This document shows positions 13,214-23,227 of a stretch of DNA of 64,000 nucleotides, in pieces. The stretch is from NCBI GenBank assembly GCA_963759405.1, contig CAVWZA010000010.1:128422-192421 (forward strand), given 5' to 3'. The notes beneath the pieces are model-generated. The model was not told where the DNA came from. It saw nothing but the letters and a program-made list of their open reading frames with translations, and did no database searches. The DNA comes from an uncultured Chloroflexia bacterium. GTDB taxonomy: Bacteria; Chloroflexota; Limnocylindria; QHBO01. The first letter of the stretch is position 1, and each line of letters starts with the position of its first letter. Made by a program: the position numbers and the translations under genes.

Positions 13214-14585
13214 GTGAGTCGCCGTCCCGCCCGCATCGCATCGGGTCTGCTGGCCCTCGTGCTCGCTGCCTGCGGGACCGGCACGGTCAGCCCGAGCCCC
13301 GACGCTTCCACGGCCCCATCCGAGGCGAGCGCTGCCAGCTCGCCGAGCGACGGCCCCGAACCGGGCGCCGTCGAGCCGGCGCCGGGCTCGGACAGCGGCG
13401 TCTACGCACCGAATCCGGGCGCGATCGTGGTGGCCATCGACCCCGGCCACGGCGGCTGCCTCGACTGGGGCGTGCCCGACCCGTCCGAGCGTGGCCCGGA
13501 GCTGGCCGAGAAGACGCTGACGCTGGCCATCGCGCAGCGCCTGCGCGACCTGCTGGTCGACGAAGGGATCGGCGTGCTCATGATCCGCGACGCGGACGAG
13601 GCGCTCGCCGGCGACGACTACCCGCCGCTCAGCTGCGAGGGTCCACCCTTTCGCGACGTGAACGGCGACGGCGTTGCGGGCTTCGGCCCGGACGTGCCGG
13701 AGGCGACGCGCACGCGCGACGAGCTCCAGGCTCGCCTCGACCTCGCCAACCTCGCCGGCGCCGATGCGCTCGTCAGCATCCACATCAACTCGCCGAGCGA
13801 AGGCGGCGAACAGGTCGAGATCGCCTTCAGCGAGACCTTCTACACCGATGAGACACCATGGGGTGTCGACCGAGACGGCGCGCCTTGCCGCCGCCATCCA
13901 GGCCGGCGTGACTGCTCACCTCGACACCGTCGCGGACTATGACCGCGGCGACCGCGGCATCACCGCGCACAACTTCTTCATGGTCGCCCCGACGCTCTTC
14001 GAGCCGACCGATGAGCGCCCGGATCCATTCAAGCAGCCCACCCGCGGTGGGCTGATGCCGGTCGTGCTGTCCGAGGTCGGGTCGATCACGCTCCGCAGCG
14101 AGCACGACCTGCTCGCGTCGCCCGATGGCCAGCAGGCGGTCGCCGAAGGGCTGCTCGACGGCATCGCCGGCTTCTTCGGCGAGCGCGAGCTGGCGGCGCG
14201 CATCGGCCTCGCCGATGAGCCGGTCGGCCAGGCACCGCAGCCGGTTGCGGGCGACGGCCCGATCGTCTGGGCGCCGGTCGCTCCCGACGGACCGCTCGCC
14301 TTGCGCCTGACCAACACCGGCACCGTCGCGTGGCCGCCGGGCCTGGCGCTGGTGGCGGGCTGGACCGCATCGGACCAGCCGTACCTGGCGAAGGCGCCCG
14401 ACGAGCTGGAGCCGCTCGAGCTGGAGATTCCCGCGCTCGCACCCGGCGAGTCGGTCGTCGTTTCCGCGGAGTTGCCGCCGCCACCACCCGGCGCTCGCGC
14501 GTTGGCATGGATCTCGCTGGGGGATGAGGCAACAACGCTCGCGGACCTCGGGTGCCCCCCATTGCAGCTGGCCAGCCAGCCATGA
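13214..14585 (+). CDS. N-acetylmuramoyl-L-alanine amidase lipoprotein with a C-terminal Ig-like domain; frameshift near 13860
   Basis: Lipobox LVLAACG. VVAIDPGHGG, ...LVSIHINS (amidase_3 motifs). The second half (ARLAAAIQAGV...VLSEVGSITL...) is in frame 0. Confidence 0.8.
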
Positions 14586-14647
14586 CCGAAACGGACCGCA
14601 CCGCTCCGCACGACCCGGTAGTACCGGTCGGCCGTGCGCATATGGCC

Positions 14648-14676
14648 TTGCCCGTCTTGGCGGCCGCTGCTACCAT
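14648..14676 (+). promoter_or_regulatory. Candidate sigma-70-type promoter for the M23 peptidase leader
   Basis: TTGCCC (14648-14653), 17-nt spacer, TACCAT (14671-14676). Confidence 0.4.
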
Positions 14677-14780
14677 GCCTAGGCACACGACCGGCCGTTC
14701 GGCCTCGGGGGGAGCGACCTTCGGATCGGACCGAACGGCGGATCGTGCAGCAGCGATGACTCGATTATCCGTAGGCGGAG
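14677..14780 (+). promoter_or_regulatory. Structured 5' leader upstream of the M23 peptidase gene (riboswitch-like; class unconfirmed)
   Basis: Nested pairings: GCCTA(14677-81)/TAGGC(14772-76); CACGA(14686-90)/TCGTG(14743-47); GGCC-GTTC-GGCC hairpin(14693-14704). G-rich CGGGGGGAGCGACC and CCGAAC segments. Confidence 0.3.
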
Positions 14781-15576
14781 TTGGACTTTCTATTGCCTAA
14801 ATTGAGACGGCTTTACCGCCGCTTCACCGAAAGCCACCTGCCGACCAGGGTCGTTGCCCACCTCTCCGTCGTCAGCCTCGTCGCACTCGCTTCCGCCGCG
14901 GGCATCGCCCAGGCGCAGGGGAGCGGCTCGACCTCCACGGACACCCGTTCCGAGACCGGCTTCCCGTCGATTGTCGGCACCGTCCGTGCCGGAGGCGCCG
15001 AGTCCGCCATCTCCACTCCGTCCACCTACAGCCTGACCGCCGTTCCCGACGATCTCGCTCCAGATCGATCGCGGCGCCACCGCGCAGCTGCCGGCTGCCG
15101 AGCCCCTCCCGACGCCGGTCGCCATCGATCCCAACGCCACCCCGCTCCCCGCCCCGAGCGGCATCGGTGGCGTCACCTCCGGTCTCACATCCCGCGGCGC
15201 GGTCCCGGCGCCCGCCGCCGGGCGGCTCCTGTGGCCCGTCCCGGGCGGCTCGATCAGCCAGTACTTCCACGCCGGACACCTCGCCGTCGACATCGCCGCG
15301 CCGTACGGCTCCCAGGTCGTGGCCGCCCAGTCCGGGATCGTGACCTCGGCCGGATGGCGAAACAACGGCGGCGGCAACGTGATCGAGATCGACCACGGCA
15401 ACGGCCTGACGACCGTCTACAACCACCTCGGCTCGATCTGGGTCAGCCCGGGCGCGTACGTCGCCGCCGGCCAGGGGATCGGCGGGGTCGGGTGCACCGG
15501 CATGTGCACCGGGCCGCACGTTCACTTCGAAGTGATCGTGAACGGAATCATCGACAACCCGATGCGATACTTCTAG
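14781..15576 (+). CDS. M23-family metallopeptidase with N-terminal membrane anchor; frameshift near 15045; start codon uncertain (in-frame TTG at 14781, 14793 and 14802)
   Basis: LLWPVPGGSISQYFHAGHLAVDIAAPYGSQVVAAQSGIV...IEIDHGNGLTTVYNHL...GCTGMCTGPHVHFEV. Confidence 0.8.
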
Positions 15577-15627
15577 CCTCGCCGCTCCGACCGAGGCTCC
15601 ACGCCGGCGTCCGACGCCGGCGTTGCT

Positions 15628-16921
15628 ATGCTCGTCGCCGTGTTCGCTGACCGCGCTCGCATCCTCGTCTCTGCCGGGACCGGCGGCGACGGCGCCTCGA
15701 CCTTCCGCCGCGAGGCGCACGTCCCGCGCGGCGGGCCGGACGGCGGCGACGGCGGCCGCGGCGGGAGCGTGATCCTGGTCGTGGAGGCGGGGATGACCAC
15801 GCTCGGCGACTTCAAGCGCAAGCGCCTCTTTCGCGCCGCCGCCAGGTGGCCGCGGCATGGGTCGCCGCGCACATGGCAAGAACGCTCCGGACGTCACGAT
15901 TCGCGTGCCGCCCGGAACGGTGGTTCGGGCACATCCCGGAGGGGAGTTCCTCGGCGAGCTGATGGAGGCCGACGCACGGCTGGTGGTCGCTCGCGGCGGC
16001 CGCGGCGGGCGCGGCAACGTGCACTTCGCCAGCGCGACGCACCGCGCGCCGAAGCACGCCGAGAAGGGCACTCCGGGCGCCGAGCTGTGGGTGGAGCTGG
16101 AGCTCAAGCTGATCGCCGACATCGGCCTCGTCGGTGCGCCGAACGCCGGCAAGTCGACCCTGCTGGCCGCACTGACCGAGGCCCGCCCCGAGGTCGGCGC
16201 CTACCCGTTCACCACCATCACGCCCAACCTCGGCGTCATGGCCCTCGACGAGGACCACACCGCCGTGATCGCGGACGTGCCCGGGCTGATCGAGGGCGCG
16301 CACGAGGGTCGCGGACTCGGCCACCACTTCCTCCGGCACGTCGAGCGCACGCGGGTCATCGTCGGCGTCATCGACGGCGCGGCGCGCGAGCCGCTCGAGG
16401 AGTGGCGCGCGGTCGCCGACGAGCTCCGCCTTCACGACCCGGCGCTGATGGAGCGCCCGATGCCGCTCGTCGTCACCAAGCTCGACCTGCCCGAGGTGCG
16501 CGAGCGCTGGCCGGAGCTGCGGGCGGCACTGGCGGCCGACGGCATCGAGCCGCTGGCCGTCAGCGCGCACGACGGCACCGGCCTCGAGGAGCTCCGCGCC
16601 AGCGCTCGCCGGCGCGCTGGCCGAGGCAGCCATGGCCGAGGAGGCCCGCCCGGCCGACGAGGAGATGCGGGTCCATCGCTTCGATCCGCTGGAGGAGGGC
16701 TGGGAGGTGGTCGCCGAGGGCGAAGGCTTCCGCGTGCGAGGTCGCCGCATCGAGCTGCCAGGCAGCCCGCACCGACTTCGAGAACGAGGAGTCGCGCGAC
16801 CGGTTCTGGCGCCTGCTCGAGCGGCTGGGCATCGATCTCGAGCTGCGTCGCAAGGGCGCCGGGCGAGGGAACGACCGTCCACATCGGTCCGATCGAGCTC
16901 GACTGGGGCGACGAGGATTGA
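15628..16921 (+). CDS. obgE: GTPase Obg; four frame breaks (~15840, ~16600, ~16758, ~16860)
   Basis: [84 protein letters not shown]. The C-terminal [21 protein letters not shown]...[10 protein letters not shown] is split over three frames. Confidence 0.9.
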
Positions 16922-16929
16922 GCACGACC

Positions 16930-17600
16930 ATGCTGATGGCGCCGCGCGCGGCAACCCAGCCACGGGTCGCGCGACCGGCGCCCGACGAGGCCCCGCGACG
17001 CATCGGCGTGCTCGGCGGCACCTTCGACCCGCCGCATGTCGGGCATCTCTGGCTGGCGGCCCTGGCAGCCGACGTCCTCGACCTCGACCGAGTCCTCTTC
17101 ATGCCGGCCGCCCAGCCGCCGCACAAGGGCGGGCGCCTCATCTCGAAGGGGACCGATCGGCTGCTGATGACGCGCCTCGCGATCCACACCGATCCCACCT
17201 TCGAGCTGAGCGCGCTCGAGATGGAGCGGCCGGGACCGTCCTACACCATCGACAGCGTCGTCGAGCTGAAGCGGCTCTATCCGGATGCGGAGCTGTTCCT
17301 GGTGATGGCTGCCGACTCGCTGGCGCAGATCGACACCTGGCGCGAGCCGGATCGGCTGCTCGACGAGATCGAGTGGGCGGTCGGGCCCCGGGTCGGGCAG
17401 CGCAGCTGCCGGATCGGTCGGCGCTGGAGGATCGATTCGGCGATCGGGCGTCGCGCATCCACCTGCTCACCGGTCCGTCGCTCGACGTCAGCAGCTCCGA
17501 GGTCCGGCGACGGGTGGCGGCCGGGCACACCATCCGCTACCTTGTGCCGCGCGAGGTGGAGGAGCTCATCATCGATCGAAAGCTGTACCGGCGTGGCTGA
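16930..17600 (+). CDS. nadD: Nicotinate-nucleotide adenylyltransferase; frameshift near 17390
   Basis: [24 protein letters not shown]. The C-terminal part [26 protein letters not shown] is in frame 0. Confidence 0.9.
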
Positions 17601-17991
17601 CGAAGCCGCTGAAGCGAAGACCCTGGAGGATCGTGTCGAGATCCCCGCCGAAGCCGCCGAGCTGGCGCATCGGATCGTGGAGATCGCGTCCGACAAGAAG
17701 GGCAACGACATCGTCATGCTGCGCACCGCCGAGCTGACGAGCATGGCCGACTTCTTCGTCATCGCCTCCGGCCGCAGCGATCGCCAGGTCTCGGCCCTGT
17801 CCGGCGCCATCGTCGATGAGCTGCGCCGCGACGGGATCCGCCCGCTCGGCATCGAGGGCCGCGCCTCCGCACGCTGGGTGCTCCTCGACTTCGGCTCGGT
17901 GATCGTCCACGTCTTCGCCCCCGAGGAGCGCGAGTACTACGGCCTCGAGCGCCTGTGGGGCAAGGCCGTCCAGGTCGTCCGCATCGTCTGA
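17593..17991 (+). CDS. rsfS: Ribosome silencing factor RsfS
   Basis: [36 protein letters not shown]...[31 protein letters not shown] 17593 overlaps the end of nadD. Confidence 0.9.
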   Translation: MADEAAEAKTLEDRVEIPAEAAELAHRIVEIASDKKGNDIVMLRTAELTSMADFFVIASGRSDRQVSALSGAIVDELRRDGIRPLGIEGRASARWVLLDFGSVIVHVFAPEEREYYGLERLWGKAVQVVRIV

Positions 17992-18080
17992 GCATCCCAG
18001 CCGGGAGTACCACTCCGGTTCCGGGGGCATGGCCCATCGGTCCCATTGAGAGGACGTGCCGCGCTTCGCATGCTCGGCAC

Positions 18081-18359
18081 ATGACCGAGCGCACCCGTCG
18101 TTCACGACCGATCGAGACCTGCCGCTTCTGCAGCGGCCCTCTCATGACGAGCGTGTTCGACACCGTCTTCCGCGATCCCGAGGCCGATGAGCGACTCTTC
18201 TTCGCCATCCCCGGGGCGCTGTGCGTGCCCTGCCGCCAGCTCTACGTCGACCAGCAGCTGATCGGCATCCTGGGCCTCGACGGCGCGCGCTGCACGTTTG
18301 CGATCGAGTCCGACCGCGTCCTCCAGACCGGTCACGCCGGGCAGGCTCCCGCCGCCTAG
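18081..18359 (+). CDS. Small CxxC...CxxC (zinc-ribbon-like) hypothetical protein
   Basis: MTERTRRSRPIETCRFCSGPL...ALCVPCRQLYVDQQL. ATG verified at 18081. Confidence 0.5.
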   Translation: MTERTRRSRPIETCRFCSGPLMTSVFDTVFRDPEADERLFFAIPGALCVPCRQLYVDQQLIGILGLDGARCTFAIESDRVLQTGHAGQAPAA

Positions 18360-19381
18360 CGCCTCGCGGCGAGCAGGTGCTCGCCCAGCCACGCGACCAG
18401 CGCCGGCTCCTCGTCCATCACGTTCGTCTTGATCGCCAGGTCCGCCTCGAACAGGCCGGTCAGCATGGCGTCCAGCTCCTCGCCCCGATACCGCCGCGCC
18501 GCTTCCACGATGCGTTCCGCCATGCGCGCGTTTCCGCGCCCGACCCTGCGCGCGATCTCGGTCGGTGACGTCTTCGACGCCACCAGGTCCCGCGCGACGA
18601 TGAGGTCGGAGACCCGGCCCGCCAGCGAGGCGAGGATGCGCAGTCCGGGCTGACCCTCGTCCAGCGCCCGGCGCAACGCCTCCGCCGCGGCTGCCGGCTC
18701 GCGGCGGTCGATCGCATTGGTGATGGCAAAGACCGATGCCGGCCGCGTGTCGGCCGTCAGCGCCTCGACGTCCTCGACCTCGATCGACCGCTCACCCGCG
18801 TAGGTCGCCAGCTTGCGCAGCTCCGAGTCCGCGATGCGCGTCATCTCGCCGCGCTCGACGTCGGTCTCCCAGATCTGGCCGCCGATCCGCTCCGCCAGCA
18901 CGTGGGCCGCGCGCATCTCGATCTTCACCCCGATGCGCGGCGCGTGACCCACGATCCAGGCACGCAGCTCGCCGCGTCGCGGGGCGCCGTGCTCCTCGAT
19001 CCGCCCGCCGCGCTCCTTGACCGCCTCGGCCAGCCGCTTGAGCAGGGCCGGCGGCTTGGTGATGTCGCGCGACGGCCGCTCCTCGACCAGCGCCAGCGCC
19101 GATCCGTCGGGCAGGTCGCGCACCAGCGCCAGCAGCCGATCGGTCGCGGAGGTCGACCTCCCGGCGGCCTTCAACGGCTGGCGCAGCACGGCGAGATGGA
19201 CGCCGAACATGCTCATCGTGCCGGCCTCGAGCCGCGCCCGGTCGATCGCCGCCTCGTCCGGCGTGGCGCCCGGCACGATCTCGACGCGATCGGTCGCGTC
19301 CACCTCGGCGGCGAACTCGCGCAGCGCGGCGTCGAGCCCGAACCCGTCGTCGCCGTGGAGCAGCAGCAGCGGCGTGCTCAC
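18356..19381 (-). CDS. holA: DNA polymerase III delta subunit
   Basis: About 340 aa starting VSTPLLLLHGDDGFGLD. Conserved synteny downstream of comEA-comEC. GTGA overlap with the upstream HD gene. Confidence 0.8.
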   Translation of the reverse strand: MSTPLLLLHGDDGFGLDAALREFAAEVDATDRVEIVPGATPDEAAIDRARLEAGTMSMFGVHLAVLRQPLKAAGRSTSATDRLLALVRDLPDGSALALVEERPSRDITKPPALLKRLAEAVKERGGRIEEHGAPRRGELRAWIVGHAPRIGVKIEMRAAHVLAERIGGQIWETDVERGEMTRIADSELRKLATYAGERSIEVEDVEALTADTRPASVFAITNAIDRREPAAAAEALRRALDEGQPGLRILASLAGRVSDLIVARDLVASKTSPTEIARRVGRGNARMAERIVEAARRYRGEELDAMLTGLFEADLAIKTNVMDEEPALVAWLGEHLLAARR

Positions 19382-19935
19382 GCGCCGGCCTGCCACGCCG
19401 CCCGCAGGCGAGCGACCAGGTCGTCGAGCGTCAGGCCCGCCACCTCGGCAAGGTCGGCCTCGAGCGCATGGGCAGGTCGCCGGGCGACCTCGATCTGCTC
19501 GGCGTATTCGGGATGTCGGAGCTTCATGTCGTCCAGCCGCTCGTCGACGGTCACGAACTCCTGCGCCACATGCCGGTCGGCAACGGCCACCAGGACCGAT
19601 GGCCAGCCGCGCGGGAATCGGTCGTCGTCGAGCAGGCAGTTGACGGGATGGGAGGCGACCGGCATGGCGAGCTCGGGGTAGCCCGCCGCCTCGAGCCGGA
19701 GCGCGCCGACGATCCCGTGCTCGCCGCCGGACCGCCGGACCTCGACCTTGTCGATGTCGTGCAGGAGCGCCGCCGCCTCGACCAGCGCGCCGTCGATCGG
19801 GATCTGCGCCTCGGCCAGGAGGGCGGCGCCGGCCACGGCCACGCGGGCGACGCCCTCGGAATGGACCACGATGCCGTCGGGCAGGCCCGGCTCGTCGAGC
19901 AGGCGCCGAGCGGTGGATCGGTCGGGGATGGCCAT
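19378..19935 (-). CDS. HD-domain metal-dependent phosphohydrolase
   Basis: VVHSEGVARVA...AALLHDIDK (HD motif). 185 aa, reads intact. Confidence 0.7.
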   Translation of the reverse strand: MAIPDRSTARRLLDEPGLPDGIVVHSEGVARVAVAGAALLAEAQIPIDGALVEAAALLHDIDKVEVRRSGGEHGIVGALRLEAAGYPELAMPVASHPVNCLLDDDRFPRGWPSVLVAVADRHVAQEFVTVDERLDDMKLRHPEYAEQIEVARRPAHALEADLAEVAGLTLDDLVARLRAAWQAGA

Positions 19936-19944
19936 GGGCCGATG

Positions 19945-22420
19945 CTAGCCGCGGGCCCGGTCCCGTGCACCGCGCGCGACGCGCTCCAGCCGGCATCCGT
20001 CCTGACCCGGTACGACCGCCCATCGGTGACGAGCTCGACGTCGCCGTCGAGATCGGTGCGGAACACGGCAACGCCAGCTCGGGCGGCGAATGTCGCCAGG
20101 GTCTCGGGCGCGGGATGCCCGTACTCGTTGCCCTCGCCGACCGAGATGACCGCCACCGCCGGTCTCGTCGCATCCAGGAACCCGGGCGTGCTCGACGAGG
20201 TCGAGCCGTGGTGCCCGACCTTCAGCACGTCCACGGCTGGCAGGAGCCGACGTTCAATCAGCATCGCCTCGACTGGTGCCTCGGCGTCGCCGGTCAGCAG
20301 GGCCGCGAAGCCGCCGAGCCGGACGACCATGACCACCGATCCGTTGTTGATGTCGCCCTCCGGCAGGGGCGCCGCGGCATCGGCATCGGTCGGGTAGAGG
20401 ATCTCGACCGACGTGGTCGCGTCGAGCCGGAGGTGCTGCCCGGCGCGTGCGAGCGCAACGCCAACGTCCGCCTCGGCGGCATCGGTGAGAAGGCGCTCAT
20501 ACGCCGGATTCTCGAACGGCGATGCCGCCGTGCAGCACGGCTCCGACGTGGAATCGATCGAGGACGTCGACCAGCCCGGCGACGTGATCCTGGTGCGGGT
20601 GCGTCAGAACGAGCAGGTCGATGCGACGGGCGAAGAACGGGAGGTTGGCGCCCAGCCGGCGGAGGGTGAGCTCCGGGTCCGGCCCGCCGTCGACCAGCAT
20701 CGTCGCGCCGCTCGGAGCCTCGACGAGGATCGCGTCGCCCTGCCCGATGTCGAGCACGGTCAGGTGCATCCGCCCGTCGGGGCGCGACGCAACGGTGATC
20801 ACGAGCAGGACGGTCACGAGGGCGGCAGCGATCGGCGCCGGGCGGAGCAGGCGATGGGCCAGGCTCGCACCGGCGCTCGCCGTGCGGTTCGTCCGGCGGT
20901 CGCTCATCGGTGCGGGATTGGCCCAGCGCCCAGCTGGCAAGGCCGAGGATCGGGAGCCACGCGACCGCGATCGGCGCGGGGAGCGAGACATCGACGGCCG
21001 CGTACGGGAGCGAGGCCACGGCCGTCCCGAGGCTGACGATCACGCGGAGGACGAGCCAGGCCGCGCCGCCCGCCAGCCACGCCAACCCGTCGCCGATGCC
21101 GGGGAGGTGCACCGCGGCGTCGAGCATTCCCGCCAGCGAGGCAAGTGCGCTGAACAGCATGGCGACCGGCACGAACGGCACGACCAGCACGTTGGCCAAT
21201 GGCGCCACGATGGAGAGGCGCTCGAAGTTGACCAGGATCACTGGCAGCGTCGTGAGCTGGGCTGCCAGGGTCAGCGCAACCGGCTCGCGGATCCAGGCGG
21301 GCAACGCCGGCAGCCGCCGCTCGACGCCTGCCCCGAACCAGATGAGGCCGGCGGTGGCGAGCAGCGACAGCTGGAACCCGACGTCCCAGAGCACGGCGGG
21401 CGCGACCAGCAACATGATCAGGGCTGCCAGTCCCAGCGCCGATGCCGCGTGTGCCCGCGAGCCGCCAAGGCGCGCGACGAGCATTGCGCCCGCCATCAGC
21501 GCCGCGCGGACGACCGAAGGGCTCGCCCCGGTGAGCACGACGTAGAGACCCACGACGGTGGCTGCCACCAGCGCGGTCGTCCATCGGCCGCCCGGGCGTC
21601 GCTCGAGCGGGCGGGCCATCGCCGCCACCAGTGCGGCCACGATGGCGATGTTCCAGCCCGAGATGGCGACGACGTGCGTCAGCCCGGCCGTCGCAAACGC
21701 GTCGTTGATCTCGGGAGCGATCGACGCCCGAACGCCGAGCAGGATCCCGGCACCCAGGGCGGCCTCCGGTTCGGGCACGATCGCGTTGAGCCCGTGGAGC
21801 AGTGCGCTTCGGCTCCCGGAAAGGATCGCAGCCGGCCCCGTTGCCGCCTCGACGAGCTCCGCGCTCCTTGGGCGCCCGATCGCTCCGACGCCCTGCCGCG
21901 CCAGGTACTCGCGGTACGCGAAGCCGTCGAAGTCCTCGGGCAGCTCGACGCTCGTCCGTACCCGCAGGCGATCCCCGCTGCGGGCGTCGATGCCACGCGG
22001 CATCCAGACCAACAGTCGATCGGCCAGCGCCATTGGCCTGCCGTCGACGGCAGTCATCAGGTCGCCGAGGACGAGCTGGATCCGATCCTCTCGCGGCCGC
22101 GGATCGTCCACGACCCTGCCGACGAGCTCGTGTTCCTCGCCGTCGACGAGGCGGGCGACCGAGCGCAGCTCCGCTGCTCGAGACGGATCAGTGCTCGCCT
22201 GGCGCCAGGCGCCAACGGCGGCGAATGCAACGACGACACCGATCAGAAGCAGGCCGCCGCCAGGCAGCGACCTCGGACCGATCAGCGTGCCCGCGGCCAG
22301 CAGCCCAACCGCTGTCGCGAGAAGCAGCGCGAGCGAGGGGGTGATGGCGAGATCGGCGGACAGGATCCCCGCGGCGGCGCCCGCCAACGCGAGCGGAAGG
22401 GCGAATCGACCGATGCCCAC
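19945..22420 (-). CDS. comEC: Competence protein ComEC/Rec2 (membrane channel plus metallo-beta-lactamase domain); frame breaks near 20900 and 20515; 3' end unresolved
   Basis: Polytopic TM region (AGLTHVVAISGWNIAIV...), then MBL domain LTVLDIGQGDAILVEAP...LVLTHPHQDHVAGL...LKVGHHGS. The last frame has no stop before 19551, so the true end near the HD gene start is uncertain. Confidence 0.85.
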
Positions 22421-22422
22421 CG

Positions 22423-23052
22423 TCAGCCGGCGGTGGCGACGCCCTGGATGTCCTCCAGCTGGCCTCGGTTGATCACGCCGCGCTGGACCGCGTCGTCGAG
22501 CGACGCGAACGGCTGCTCCTGGCGCGCCGCCACGATCTTCTGAACGGTGACCGGCCCGATCCCCGGCAGCGCCTCGAGCTCCTCGGGCGTCGCCGTGTTC
22601 AGGTTGACCATGCCGCCGCCACCACCCGTGACGGCCGCGCCGGAGGCTGTGGGGCCGCCGCCGGCCACCTGCGACTCGCCGACGCGTGGCACCCGGACCT
22701 GCTCCCCGTCCCCGAGTGCCTGCGCGAGGTTGATGGTCGCCGCCGCGGCCGCCAGGTCCGCATCCGAGGCGTAGCCGCCTGCCGCGGCGACCGCATCCGC
22801 AATGCGGGATCCGGCGGGCAGCAGTCGGACCCCGGGCTCGACGACCGCACCCTGGACGTCGACCACCATCGTTTCGCTCGCGGCATCGGAGGCGACCGGC
22901 GCGCTGGCGACCGGAGTCGGCAGCGCCAGGGCTCCGGCAGCGAGGTCCTGCGAGCCATCCTCGATCGGCGTCAGGGCCAGCCATGCGGCCGCGACGGCGA
23001 GGATGAGGGCACCGCCACCGGCCGCGATCATGATCCGGTCGGATCGAGCCAC
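22423..23052 (-). CDS. comEA: ComEA-family DNA-binding protein (SLBB plus helix-hairpin-helix)
   Basis: TM anchor, VVDVQGAVVEPGVRLLPAGSRIADAV, NLNTATPEELEALPGIGPVTVQKIVAARQ. Confidence 0.85.
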   Translation of the reverse strand: MARSDRIMIAAGGGALILAVAAAWLALTPIEDGSQDLAAGALALPTPVASAPVASDAASETMVVDVQGAVVEPGVRLLPAGSRIADAVAAAGGYASDADLAAAAATINLAQALGDGEQVRVPRVGESQVAGGGPTASGAAVTGGGGGMVNLNTATPEELEALPGIGPVTVQKIVAARQEQPFASLDDAVQRGVINRGQLEDIQGVATAG

Positions 23053-23109
23053 GTTCGAAGCCTCCGCGCGGGAGGCGAGGTGGGGGACGGGGAGCAGCTG
23101 CGTCCGAAG

Positions 23110-23136
23110 CCCGGCGTCCGGGCACTCGACGCCGGG
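23110..23136 (-). terminator. Perfect 9-bp GC-rich hairpin between leuS and comEA (possible I-shaped terminator or processing site)
   Basis: CCCGGCGTC(23110-18), 9-nt loop, GACGCCGGG(23128-36). No U-tract follows. Confidence 0.3.
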
Positions 23137-23227
23137 ACATCGGAAGCAGGGGAGCAGGCTACGCGCCGACCGTTATCGGCCCGTTACCGGTCGGTTATCG
23201 CCTGGACGTGCCTTGACCGGCGCCAGC

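Noticed and set aside
15915-15926. GAAC-N4-GTTC (GAACGGTGGTTC) inside obgE as a possible SOS box.
   Set aside because: It is intragenic (codons PGTVVR), lacks the TA flanks of the two promoter boxes, and has no promoter context. As a rough estimate for this base composition, about one chance occurrence of the bare 4+4 dyad is expected per window of this size.
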